Assembly (NCBI GenBank): GCA_964187785.1
Contig: OZ076410.1
Location: 71,920,001-71,984,000, forward strand
Origin: Amphiscolops sp. MND2022
Lineage: Eukaryota
Length of the DNA stretch: 64,000 nt
Direction: 5' to 3'
Part shown: positions 23,901 to 34,898 of the stretch, one piece after another
Numbering within the stretch: the stretch's first letter is position 1
Layout: each line of letters opens with the position of its first letter
Notes under the pieces: model-generated
Databases searched by the model: none
Seen by the model: only the letters and a program-made list of their open reading frames with translations
Told to the model about the DNA's origin: nothing
Made by a program: the position numbers and the translations under genes

Positions 23901-26751
23901 GTTTTTCAACTCTTCAGGAGTGTTTGTGGCGATTCCAATGTCGTCCACGTATTGGGCGCATTTATCCGCCTTTATGGCTTTGTCCAGATACTCCCTCATG
24001 AAACTTGAGAAGGATGACAGTGAGCTGCTCAGTCCTTGGGCCAGCCTGAGGTACGCGAACGTCCTGCTGGCGAAGTTGAAAGCTAGGAGTTGGACTGACT
24101 TCTGGTCTGCCATCTGCAGTACGTGGTAAGCTTGTGAGCAATCAAGCTTACAAAACAACTTCTTGCCAGCGAGGTGTTGTGCCGCGTCCGTGAGGGTGCT
24201 GACCGGATGATTGTTATTGATGTAATCATCGGAAATCAGGTTGTTGATCTTTCTGAGATCTACTAGGAGCCGTAGGCGGCCGTTCGGCTTTCGTTGAGCG
24301 AAAATCGGGCTGGCATACTTGCTGAACGGGAGGGTTGTTATAATCCCGAAGTAATGCATTAATGCCAGTTCCACCGTCAAGTCCTCTTTCAAGTTAATGG
24401 GGCAAGGCAGGCTTTGCGAGTAGACTGGGTCGTCTGTTTTTGGCGTGAGCTTGATTTTAAAGTCGTGGTTGATTCCGATGTCTAGTCGGTGCCTCGCGAA
24501 AATGTCATTGAACTCTATCAAGATTTCCTCAATGTCGTTTTGGTCAATTTCTGTTAATTGGGAATCATCCCATTTAATGTTTTTGAGGAATGCCTCTCGG
24601 TCTTCAGCATTGTTATTGGGGTCCAGTTTCTGGATCTCTTCCAGTTCCTTGATTTCCCTCAGTATTCTGCTTTGAATCGGCGTGTGGGTATTAGGGTCGC
24701 CAGGATTGTCTGGTGTGGGGAACCAAAAGTTTTGACTCTGGGAAGGTTGGTCCGAAGTTTTCAGGAGTTCGTTGATGTATAGTATCGCATCTTCTGAATC
24801 ATCCTCCGTGAGCACTTTTAGTGCTGCGGTGTTGAGCGGTTTGAGCTCTTTGGCTTCTTCGGGCGACATAATTTTGAATTCAGCAACCGTCGTGTTCTTT
24901 TTTATTGTGTAGGGTGTGGGGGTAGTGTTGGTCACCCTTACCTCAATTTTCCTGTTGGAGGCTGTAGATATTGAGCTGGCTACTACTAAGGGGTCACCGC
25001 TACAATGGTTGGTAGCTGGGTTGATGACACCGGTTGTGCCGATGGTAGACGTTATGTCTGTGTAGGCGGTGATTTTCTGGGTTGTTTCAGGAGGAATGGT
25101 GATTGGATTCTTTACTTGTACTTTGTACATCTTTCGGTTGCGGGTGTACTCGTCGGTTTCAATTGAGTACGTTAGATGGGGGAAGTGGAGTAGGCCTTGG
25201 CTTACATCCAGAATGGCGCTGTTGTTTTTCAGGAATGTGAGGCCAAGTATTGGGCCTGCCAGTCGTTTTGCAACAATGAACGTCTCTTTGAAATTCCAGT
25301 CCCCTATTTCAAATTGGAGGATTATTGTTTTGGTGGGGGCTTCAATGTCGCCGTTTGCAACTTGGAGTTTGAACGGGGGTGGTTCCATTTCTTTGACTAT
25401 GTCCTTGGGGGACATCTGAAGGATTTTGTTGTAATCGGTTTCGGAGATGCAGTTGACCAGCGCTCCAGAGTCAATGAGGGCGTCCAGGGTCAGGTCCTGG
25501 AAGTCCATTGGGGCGAATAGCATCTTCTTCTTTTTCTTAAGAGTCACCGCTGAGAAGATTGGGATGCATTCCTCTTTGGTGATTGGGTCTCTTGTGAGGT
25601 ATTCTGCAATCTGCGCCAGAGGGTAGGACTGGGGTTCGTCCTGGGTTGGTGTGTCGTTTACAGCACCTGAGGGGGATTCAGATTGCATGTTGGTTGCGGC
25701 AATCGTAATGGGACGAGGGTTCTCGGTCTCATTATTGGAGTGCCTGGTGTTAGAAGAGAGGGGGGCTCGTGTCCCTCTGCCTGAATGATCTTGATTCGGG
25801 TATTCTGCAGCCTGTTCGTTGGGGTAGGACCTAGGTACGTCCTGGGGTGGTGTGCTGTTTGCATCACCGGGTAGGGATTCAGACTGCATGTTCGTTTCGT
25901 CAGTCGTAATGGGTCGAGGGTCCTCGGCTTCATTTGCGGACTGACTTCTTGGGGAGGAGAGTGAGGACGACGCCTCGTTGTAGGAGGGAGGCTCTAGGAG
26001 TAGAGACCTTTTTATTCTCCTTGTTTGCGGTGTGGAGATTGTTATCTCCGTGTTTGTTGTGGTTTGGGTCAGGTCCACGGCTTCAGTCGTGGTCCTGCCG
26101 GTGAGATTTTCATTTTGGTGGCAGTCGGGTGCCACGTCCATTGTTGGGGATCGTATTCTTCCGGCTCTGATTGGGTTAACTGGTTGGTTTTTTGGTGGCG
26201 ATTGTGGAGCCGTTGTTTGTGATCCGTGATCTTTGAGTATGGACTTGGGTTTGTTAGTCGACTCGTCGACTATTATTTCTGTCACTTGTTCCGCGTCCTG
26301 GTCATATTCTGGGACTGGTTGGCAGTCTTCGGTCTGTGACGTGGTTCTGTCGAGATATTCATCCCAGTTTTCTTGATAAATTCCTCAAATGGCGTACACT
26401 CTCGTTGTTTAAAGGTTAGAGTCGTTTGGTCGTAGATTTTGGGATTGTGGTAGGGGTCACAGTTGTAGTCAGGGTCATGTATGTAGGTTTCAGGGGCAGT
26501 ACTTTCGGGTAGTGGTCGTTTTGGGGTACTGTAGTCGGTTGGGTTGTCAAGGTACCATTGGGGGTAGTCCTTTTTAGTCATGTTTTGTCTATTTTGTTTG
26601 TTGAGCTTGTGAATCTGCCATCTTCGCTGCCAGTCGAGAGATGGTTCTTCATGTCGCTCGTCATTTTCTTCGTGGTCGTAGGTATTTGGGGGTTCTGATG
26701 TTGTGAAATGTCGGGTTTCGACAATCTCCCCAAACTGAAGATGTGGCAAAG
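20988..26751 (-). pseudogene. pol: Pol polyprotein of element 1 (PR-RT-RNase H-INT-GPY/F), with one frameshift and one nonsense codon
   Basis: PR LIDSGA, RT YVDD, RH TDAN..., INT HHCC plus D(LQMD)-D(ITDKG)-E(ILER), and WTGPY. In-frame TAA at 21762-21764; apparent 1-nt loss at 26378-26380. Confidence 0.95.
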
Positions 26752-28311
26752 CTAGTTTTTTGACTGGGTTTGGTTTTGAGGTTGAGTTTGAGGTTGGGTA
26801 GTCACTTGCGCGGGAGGTATGAATCCCATGTGGCCAGTTGTCTGGTTGTGGTACTGAGTTTGGGTTTGGGGTTGGGTTGTCATTGAAAGAGGAGGTAGGT
26901 AGCCCATTTGGCTGGTTGCTTGATTTTGATATGGCGGTTGGGTCACTGGTAAATTGGTTTTGGCATACTGACCTTGTGACTGTGGTGGTAGCGGTATGCT
27001 GTTTGAGGACGTAGCCTTGGGGGTTTTCCACCATTGTGGTCGATTTGCCCAGTTGGCGCCTGAGTAGCATTCTTCGGTTGTGTGGCTTTTCTTGCCACAG
27101 GTTTCGCATGGGTCAACTATTTTGTTGGGCACTCTGTTACCCCGATTGCGAGCTTCGCGGGCTACTTTTCTGCAATTTTTGACAACATGGCCGGATTGTC
27201 CACATCCGTAGCATGGTCCTGACGGTTTGGGGGGGTTCGGAGCTTGTTGTGGGTCTTGCACGTCAATTTGGTGCACTCCTGTTATGTTGCTCTCGTTTGG
27301 TGCCAACAGTCCGTTTAGCTCCATCTCTCTTTCTAGGTGTTCGACCATCATTTCGTACGATTCAGTTTCTAACCTTGCCTGGTTTAGCACTCGTTTTAGG
27401 TGGGTTGGCATTTTGGCGTAGAAGGAGGTCTCAATGAACTTGGGGGCGTCATCTCCGTATGCTTCTTGGGCCAGTTTTTGATACTGCTCCAAGAAATCTT
27501 GAAAAGTTTGTTGGGATGGGTCAAAATAGAGCTGATTCCATTTGCAGCGGGCTGTTGCGATAGATTGGGGGCGGACATATCGTCGTCTGAAGGTTGCTAT
27601 GATGTCCTCCAGGCTGGCACGGTTTGTGTCGGTCATATTGCGGTATGTCTGCAGGGCGTCATCCCTGAGTAAGGAATGAAAAAAGTGTATTTTCTCTTCG
27701 GATATGTTGGGATACACTTTGAGGCTAGTCATAAAAAGGTCTTCGAAGTGTTCAAACTTGTCATTTTTACCTTTGAAAGTAGGTATTGTTGTTGACATCG
27801 CTTTTGGCAGTCTAGGGAGCCCGATATTTTGTTGGGTTACGTTCTGTAGCGATTCTAGTAGCTTTTCCACTATGTGGTCCGGGTATTTCTGGTTGGGGGG
27901 CGGTAGGCTTGATGATCGGGGCGGCACTTCTGTTTGGGGGAACACTCCTGTCACCATGTGTTGACCCTGCGATGGGTGCAACTCGTTCAGTGTGAATAGC
28001 CTTGATGTTGAGGCTTGATTTTCGATCTCGTCGGGATCTGAGGCGAGGTTTTCACTATTGGGCGGCTGACCGGACAATGAATCTATTTTTGAGGACAAAT
28101 TCTCGATCATTTTTAAAATCTCCCTTTGTCCGACTTCAGTATCTTTTATCCTTCTGGTCACTGACTTTTCAATTTTCTCAGACAGCTCAGAGAAGTCTCG
28201 GTCGGAAATACTGGGAACGTTTTCAGTTCTCAAACTGGTTGCTTCAGGCTCGCCTAGTGAACTAGTCACTGAATCTCTCCTGGCTTTCCTTTTAGAGGAT
28301 CTTTCAGGCAT
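26752..28311 (-). CDS. gag: Gag (519 aa) with two CCHC zinc knuckles, initiating inside the 5' LTR
   Basis: CYGCGQSGHVVKNC and CETCGKKSHTTEEC, retrotransposon gag core. ATG at 28311 lies within LTR 27957-30162. Confidence 0.93.
   Translation of the reverse strand: MPERSSKRKARRDSVTSSLGEPEATSLRTENVPSISDRDFSELSEKIEKSVTRRIKDTEVGQREILKMIENLSSKIDSLSGQPPNSENLASDPDEIENQASTSRLFTLNELHPSQGQHMVTGVFPQTEVPPRSSSLPPPNQKYPDHIVEKLLESLQNVTQQNIGLPRLPKAMSTTIPTFKGKNDKFEHFEDLFMTSLKVYPNISEEKIHFFHSLLRDDALQTYRNMTDTNRASLEDIIATFRRRYVRPQSIATARCKWNQLYFDPSQQTFQDFLEQYQKLAQEAYGDDAPKFIETSFYAKMPTHLKRVLNQARLETESYEMMVEHLEREMELNGLLAPNESNITGVHQIDVQDPQQAPNPPKPSGPCYGCGQSGHVVKNCRKVAREARNRGNRVPNKIVDPCETCGKKSHTTEECYSGANWANRPQWWKTPKATSSNSIPLPPQSQGQYAKTNLPVTQPPYQNQATSQMGYLPPLSMTTQPQTQTQYHNQTTGHMGFIPPAQVTTQPQTQPQNQTQSKN
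26755..26761 (-). promoter_or_regulatory. Putative -1 ribosomal frameshift heptamer A AAA AAC before the gag stop (element 1)
   Basis: TCA AAA AAC TAG; the -1 frame is open (PVKKLALPH...). The same motif sits at the gag end of element 2. Confidence 0.8.
27943..27956 (-). other. Primer binding site TGGTGACAGGAGTG (tRNA-Leu-like)
   Basis: Directly abuts the 5' LTR end. Matches 13 of 14 nt of the complement of the metazoan tRNA-Leu 3' end I recall (TGGTGTCAGGAGTG). Confidence 0.75.
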
Positions 28312-30162
28312 TTTCCAGGTTTGGGATTTGTAAGCTCGAGATTATCCAACGAGAAGCTGAGGAAAAGGTTGAGATTTTTAATCTTCAATTGTATTTTTCG
28401 AAGTGAAAAGCAAAGTTGTTTTACAACGAGCGATTATTGAATTTCAAGATTCTAACAAAATTGTCAAATTATCAACTTGCTGAAATTATCAAGACTATTT
28501 CTCACTGCAATTATTCAATTTTTCAAACTATATATACTTTTCACCCACGTGAAGCGGGGAAAAATCCGCACCACTTTCACGCTTCATTCAGCCCGGCGTC
28601 CCTCCAAGGCGGAGAAACAGGAAGTTCAGTTCCGCTTTGTCGAACTCAGACTCTCAGTTTGTTCATGCTTTCCGAGGAAAGCACGCGTCCACTTCCTGTC
28701 TGAGTTGCGACTCCGCTTCCCTTCACCTCCAACTCCCGCCTTTTCAAGACGCCGAAACTGAACAAAGTGTGAAAAAAATTAGTCACTGCGCACGCCCAAA
28801 GAGCGAAATGATCGAACAAAACAACAAATTGGAAATTGGGAAAATGAGAATTTCCCGAATTAATTTGGTTCAAATATTGCACAGCGAGATGATTATTTAA
28901 TAAGAAATATAAATTAGCTCATAAAGTTCACTCATGAGAGCTTAAAAATCACAAATTCGAGTATAAATTGGAAAGCTCGGTCCCAGGCTGAGGTCTGGAA
29001 CGGTTGAGGCAAAATAAAATCATTTCCCGAAAAATAATGAATAATTATATCAACAACAAACAATTCAGTGATTAGAATCAACTCGAAAATACGGTTCGAG
29101 TCTCTTCCCAATCTAGTTGAGTGGAAATTGACTCTAAACAAGGCAACACAAACCATTTATGGAGATTAAACAAATTAAATCGAACATTTAATCCCAGGCC
29201 AAGGTCTGGTCCGCGGCTTGGCGTTCTCAAATTAAATACTGCATTTACATGGTTAAAATCATCATACATTGCATGCAATCAATCATTATCGCTTACTGTT
29301 GTATGTGTTACGTCACTGCTCCCTCGCGAGAGCGGATAAATGGTTAGGGGGATCGATATTTTCAATTCCAGGATGGATTTGGTCAGAATAGATTTCAGGC
29401 CGTGTCTCAGGCCGCGGTCTACTTCATTTAGCACTTGAACCTGGTTTATCTGTAAAAATAGCATCATACTTCATTCTTTATCTTCAGGCATCTTTTGAGA
29501 TTGCAGGCATTGATTGGTAGGCGCATTAGGAGCAGAAAAGATCACTATTAACATTAACAATTTCCATTTCTACAATGGATTTTATAGATTTACATTTCAG
29601 GCCATGTCCTGGGCCGCAGTATATCGGTATTTCAAAGTTAGCTCCAATACTTGTTTATATGGACAATTACATGTATAACGTTGTTCTAATACTCGTTCAA
29701 CGCATCAACAGGTTTACATGTATTCACAAAATAGCATAATTAGTGTTAGAGATTGATTCGTAGCACTTTCATTCTCAGGCCACTCGCCAGGCCACCGCTT
29801 CACTGCGCAAATCTCAGGCCGGCTGCCAGGCCGCAGTTCCGCCATTATTCATTCAGGCCGCTTACTGAGCGGTGTGATTGTATTACTATTAATTATATAG
29901 CACCGTATTAATACTATTAACTGCACAAGTAGCTTTATACCGGTTAGTACACTGTATGTAAGTATATATAACTACATAAATATTAATATATAATTTCTTC
30001 TAATTATTATATTATTTAGCGCCATTATTTCAGGTTGTATGGATTGAACTGATTGTTTTCTGGTTTTCTGTTTTCATTTTTCCTTTTTCCATTTCCTAAT
30101 TTATTCTTCGAAGACTGGGTTGATTCTGCTGCAATACTCACAGCTCAAGTGGGGCTGTGACA
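27957..30162 (-). repeat. 5' LTR of element 1 (2206 bp)
   Basis: Direct repeat of 13804-16009, followed by the PBS. Confidence 0.98.
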
Positions 30163-30417
30163 ACTTCCATATGTAAAAAACTACTTTGTGTTCAACATTT
30201 TGAAAAAACTGGGTTTTTTGACACGAACTTTGAATTGTCCCATCTGTGAATGTTATCTGCTTTGGACAAGATTTAAAACAATCAAAGATGCATTCGGCTG
30301 GAAGTATCAAAATGGAAATTTTGCGAAATACAAAAGTATCTTTTCTATTCGCACGACAAGTTTTTTCACCCAAAGTAACATTCCGTTACTAAAATGACTA
30401 CATTCAATTTACCAGTA
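30163..30417 (+). pseudogene. Merlin (IS1595/ISXO2-like) transposase, N-terminal piece between the two Gypsy insertions
   Basis: Joining 13790-13803 to 30168 restores FQTDILPYVKNYFVFNILKKLGFLTRTLNCPICECY...KDAFGWK...SIRTTSFFTQSNIPLLK. Confidence 0.8.
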
Positions 30418-31876
30418 TGTAAGGACCTAGGTCCTCCGAGGACATCGAACTCATGATGTTCTTTATTTCAGGAATTACTCTGTCAGAGATAGCTGAGCTT
30501 ATAGCTCTGTTGATTTGCGAATGCATCATAGCTATCATGGAATCCATTTCCTGGGACAACCTAAGGTTGAATTCGTTTGAGAAATATTCCAAGTAGTCTC
30601 TTGTTTCATTTGGCCTATCTCTATTCATTCTTTTCTCAATTAGGTCCCCTGAATTCGCTTCTTGGGTAAGTATTGGACTCAATATTCCCAAGTACCGATG
30701 ATTCCTCAATTGCATTTCATAGTCCTCTCTCAATAGGATTAGTATTCTCATTCCCTATAATCACGTCCATATTATCAAAATCGGACATCATGTCCATTTC
30801 TCTAGACTTTCTAGCTTTTGCTTTCTGTCTCCTAGTTGAAGGCATAAGAGATTAGTACAAGGGAAGACTGAATTTAAACCATTTATCTTGTAAACAACGT
30901 TTGTTTTATTCAACACAATTGTATCAGAGAGTGGTTGTTGTCCCTGACCTCAGGTCCTGAGTGTTTATATATTAAAAATTGCATGGCACGCAAAATTGTT
31001 ACTGTCATGACCTAAAAATAGCTGAAAACTTTTCTGAAAATAGCACCAATTACTTATAGATAAAATGATGTTATGACCTCTAGGCCACATCAAAAGCGTT
31101 ATACCGCCATCTTTATATACCACAGCAATCGTCCCTGAGCGGCAACTAAACCTTCATGGACATGACTGTAATATTACATATAACAAACACACAACATCTT
31201 CATGCTCATATAGTTACATGTCTACGTCTATGCAAAGGCGTTGAAATATGGTCAGTGTGGCGGGACTAATAGAAGCACCTTCACTTGACAGAACATAAGT
31301 ATATAATAAATTGCTCTTCGAACCAAAGTTATTTCTGCAACTTATATTCTATACCTTAATTCGGACTCAGTGTCCTATTGCTTTGATTAACTCACTGATA
31401 TTGACAAACTAGCGCCAGATGGCCACCGCTTCCTTTACTTGAAAGCACAGTACCAAAGCACTCAGATGAATACTGCAAGGTAATTGGTTGAAATCTAATG
31501 CGGACTGCGTGTCCACAGCGACAGGAGAGGAAACATTTGAACACGTTTCCTGTACCTGTACGCCTTGGTGTCCAATTATTAACAGCATATTACTAATCTC
31601 CATGCCACGAGTATTAGATCAACACTACATCAACTAAATACAAGCTAAATTCGCACTAAAATACGGGTAAATATACCCCCATGTCCGGTTATTAGACCAA
31701 TATTACTGAATAATTTAACAAACTAACAAGTATAAAAGTAGAATACTAATTTATAGTTAGTTGCCAAAAGTCCTCGATGGCTTTCTTTCAGTTCAAAGGG
31801 AGAGTACCAAGGAGAGATTGGTGATGGACGTAGTTGATGGAATAATAATTTCCATCGCAGGAGGAAGCCTGTGACA
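30418..31876 (-). repeat. 3' LTR of element 2, including a Gag N-terminal coding segment
   Basis: Minus strand starts TGTCACAGGC and ends GGTCCTTACA. Contains RRQKAKARKSREMDMMSDFD and FNLRLSQEMDSM. Homologous to 44663-45617. Confidence 0.88.
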
Positions 31877-33343
31877 CTCCACCTGGCAACAATAGGAACG
31901 TCCCGGCTGTCATTCCGTCTAAGAACGCTCTCTTTCGGGCCTCAGTTTGTTCCGTTGTCTCGCCCACTGCCACAGTTTCGCTCAAATAATCCTCTACAAA
32001 ATCAGACTGTTATTGCGCTGCCGTCTTCCCACAGACAATGGAATCTGAGTATCCTGCTGTTGGGGTGTTACCTGACAACGCCAAGTCATGGAAATGGTTT
32101 GCAACCGACTCCAATAATGACATAGTCGATGATGGCTCATAGGTAGGCGTCTCTGGCGCGAAGTCGGCCCATCTGTCTTCACGGGGTGGCAACAATGGAG
32201 TATCCACTTGTGGAATTAACTCCCTGCAAGCATTTATGGGAAGGTTCGTCTTCACCCTGCAGTCTGGTCCAATAGGGCCGTTCCCTTTGCCGTAATTGAA
32301 GACTTTCTGCTCAGCAGTATGGTCCGGTAGCAAGAATGGACTTATATTCTATACCTTAATTCGGACTCAGTGTCCTATTGCTTTGATTAACTCACTGATA
32401 TTGACAAACTAGCGCCAGATGGCCACCGCTTCCTTTACTTGAAAGCACAGTACCAAAGCAATCAGATGAATACTGCAAGGTAATTGGTTGAAATCTAATG
32501 CGGACTGCGTGTCCACAGCGACAGGAGAGGAAACATTTGAACACGTTTCCTGTACCTGTACGCCTTGGTGTCCAATTATTAACAGCATATTACTAATCTC
32601 CATGCCACGAGTATTAGATCAACACTACATCAACTAAATACAAGCTAAATTCGCACTAAAATACGGGTAAATATACCCCCATGTCCGGTTATTAGACCAA
32701 TATTACTGAATAATTTAACAAACTAACAAGTATAAAAGTAGAATACTAATTTATAGTTAGTTGCCAAAAATCCTCGATGGCTTTCTTTCAGTTCAAAGGG
32801 AGAGTACCAAGGAGAGATTGGTGATGGACGTAGTTGATGGAATAATAATTTCCATCGCAGGAGGAAGCCTGTGACACTCCACCTGGCAACAATAGGAACG
32901 TCCCGGCTGTCATTCCGTCTAAGAACGCTCTCTTTCGGGCCTCAGTTTGTTCCGTTGTCTCGCCCACTGCCACAGTTTCGCTCAAATAATCCTCTACAAA
33001 ATCAGACTGTTATTGCGCTGCCGTCTTCCCACAGACAATGGAATCTGAGTATCCTGCTGTTGGGGTGTTCCCTGACAACGCCAAGTCATGGAAATGGTTT
33101 GCAACCGACTCCAATAATGACATAGTCGATGATGGCTCATAGGTAGGCGTCTCTGGCGCGAAGTCGGCCCATCTGTCTTCACGGGGTGGCAACAATGGAG
33201 TATCCACTTGTGGAATTAACTCCCTGCAAGCATTTATGGGAAGGTTCGTCTTCACCCTGCAGTCTGGTCCAATAGGGCCGTTCCCTTTGCCGTAATTGAA
33301 GACTTTCTGCTCAGCAGTATGGTCCGGTAGCAAGAATGGACTT
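31341..33343. repeat. Tandem duplication with an exactly 1000-bp period (U3 part plus ORF tail)
   Basis: 31341-32340 equals 32341-33340 except 3 substitutions seen (31461/32461, 31770/32770, 32070/33070). ACTT microhomology at the junction. Confidence 0.95.
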
Positions 33344-33582
33344 GGTGTCTCCGCCCTCATTGCATCTAGATTTCTGCTGGGTCCAGGAATCGGGATTGGC
33401 TCCGTGAGTTGCCCCTCCGCACAGCGGGCCATTAAAACGATCTCTTCTGACTCGATGTCTTCGTCGTCTGAAGATGCCAATGTGTCTGTCAAGGAGCAGA
33501 AGCTACTGCACTCCATAGTATCGTCTTCATCGCTCGCAATGTAAATAACCCCGTCCCCCGGGGCTGCGCCTCGGAAATCCAT
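33010..33582 (-). CDS. Sense-strand accessory ORF of element 2 (190 aa, acidic), next to the 3' LTR
   Basis: Intact ATG-to-stop frame in the same position as ORF-X of element 1. Confidence 0.6.
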   Translation of the reverse strand: MDFRGAAPGDGVIYIASDEDDTMECSSFCSLTDTLASSDDEDIESEEIVLMARCAEGQLTEPIPIPGPSRNLDAMRAETPSPFLLPDHTAEQKVFNYGKGNGPIGPDCRVKTNLPINACRELIPQVDTPLLPPREDRWADFAPETPTYEPSSTMSLLESVANHFHDLALSGNTPTAGYSDSIVCGKTAAQ

Positions 33583-33691
33583 GGGGAATGTCTCTTAATG
33601 ATCCTTGTTGTATCTCATCTTGAATTTATTTTTTGCAATTTTGGAAGGTTTGTTCGAATATTTTTAAGTTTTTCAAGTTTGTAAGAAGCCA

Positions 33692-34898
33692 CTAATCAGA
33701 GTAGTTGAAATCAGAAAACTGGCGATTTCTTTCTCTGTCGGCCCGCGGGATTTTTAGCCTACTTCCCGGGTTTTCTGCTTCGTTTTCTGAATGATTTCTC
33801 AATAACAAAACTTTCCTCTTTCCTCGGCAGTATTCTTTCAACCATCCGCTGAAGTCACTTTGAAAATACCGACAGCGGCCTTGTTGACGCTCATAACTTC
33901 TACCAACACTCTCAGTTCTGAAGCATCGCGATAAGTGTTTATTTACACTCACTTTCCACTGAAAAGTTCCAAGTGGATGAAGATATGGCTGAAGGCCACG
34001 CCGTCTCGTTCCTTTTGAGGTGGCCAATCAAATCGCAGGGAAATATCTTCATTCAGAAAGTGGCAATCCAAGGTCGCAAATCCATATAAAGAAGAACATA
34101 AGATGACCTCGGAAAATAAATTAAAATGAAATAACAATGGTGGAATGCTAAAATAGTAGTGATATAATAGGGTAAATGCATGAAATAACAAATTTTCGAA
34201 ATAAGTAAAATAATTTAGATATCGCTGGCAGACTCTATCCACATATCCTTGTAAATCCCAAATAAATGCAAATTTGACAGCAAACTGAATAGCCACGAAC
34301 TCCAATTTTGACATCATGTCGCATTGCTGATTCGCCTTTCAATTCCTTACATTCAATTATCCTCCATATTAATCTTTTCTATGTATTATCCAGTGTTTAA
34401 TCGCCATTTGTACAAAGTCTTTTATATTTGAGTTGTATTTATTTGTATTTTTCAAGCCTTTATGTATATAATTTCTTTCGGACGCACTGTCCACCAGCGC
34501 CCCATCCGCCAGGATCTTTCTGGGTTCTTCGGATTATCGACATTCAGTCCACAACATTCTGCTCCTTCCAACTCATACTGCAAGCAATCAGTCGTCCCAG
34601 CTAGATCTTCACGGAACCAGAGATTTCACCAGTCTATTTGATACGAAACTCCAACTTTGAATTCAACAATTCTCGTCAGTTCAAACAGGTCAGTATGTTT
34701 CAAGGCTTTCATAAATTTGAGATTTCGATTCGAAATAAATTGAGGCTTGATCAGGGCTGTCATTTCATTCACGTACTCCCTGTCCAAATAACACAAGTTT
34801 TCACACGTGCTCAAGTTAGTCTGCTTCCAGAAGACTTTTAACGCGGCAAGTGGTTCATATAGGAAGTTCACTGCTAATATTCACCTTAATTTAGACAT
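33692..34898 (-). other. Cluster of further small sense ORFs in element 2 (33692-34027, 33949-34317, ~34440-34898 with two stops)
   Basis: Tandem open frames MATSKGTRRR..., MSKLEFVAIQF..., and MSKLR*ILAVNFLYEPL...IDW*NLWFREDL... Confidence 0.4.

Larger units (their letters stand above)
13804..30162 (-). mobile_element. Ty3/Gypsy LTR retrotransposon, element 1 (16,359 bp, young)
   Basis: Two 2206-bp LTRs (TGT...ACA), 5-bp TSD ACTTC at 13799-13803 and 30163-30167, PBS, gag, and PR-RT-RH-INT order. Confidence 0.98.

Noticed and set aside
26282-27109. 275-aa ORF as a separate gene
   Set aside because: It is the -1 frame continuation of gag (start of pol) cut short by a 1-nt loss at ~26379.
21191-27964. 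Many short plus-strand ORFs opposite gag/pol (and opposite LINE ORFs)
   Set aside because: These are shadow frames of a compositionally biased coding strand, with no motifs or splice support.
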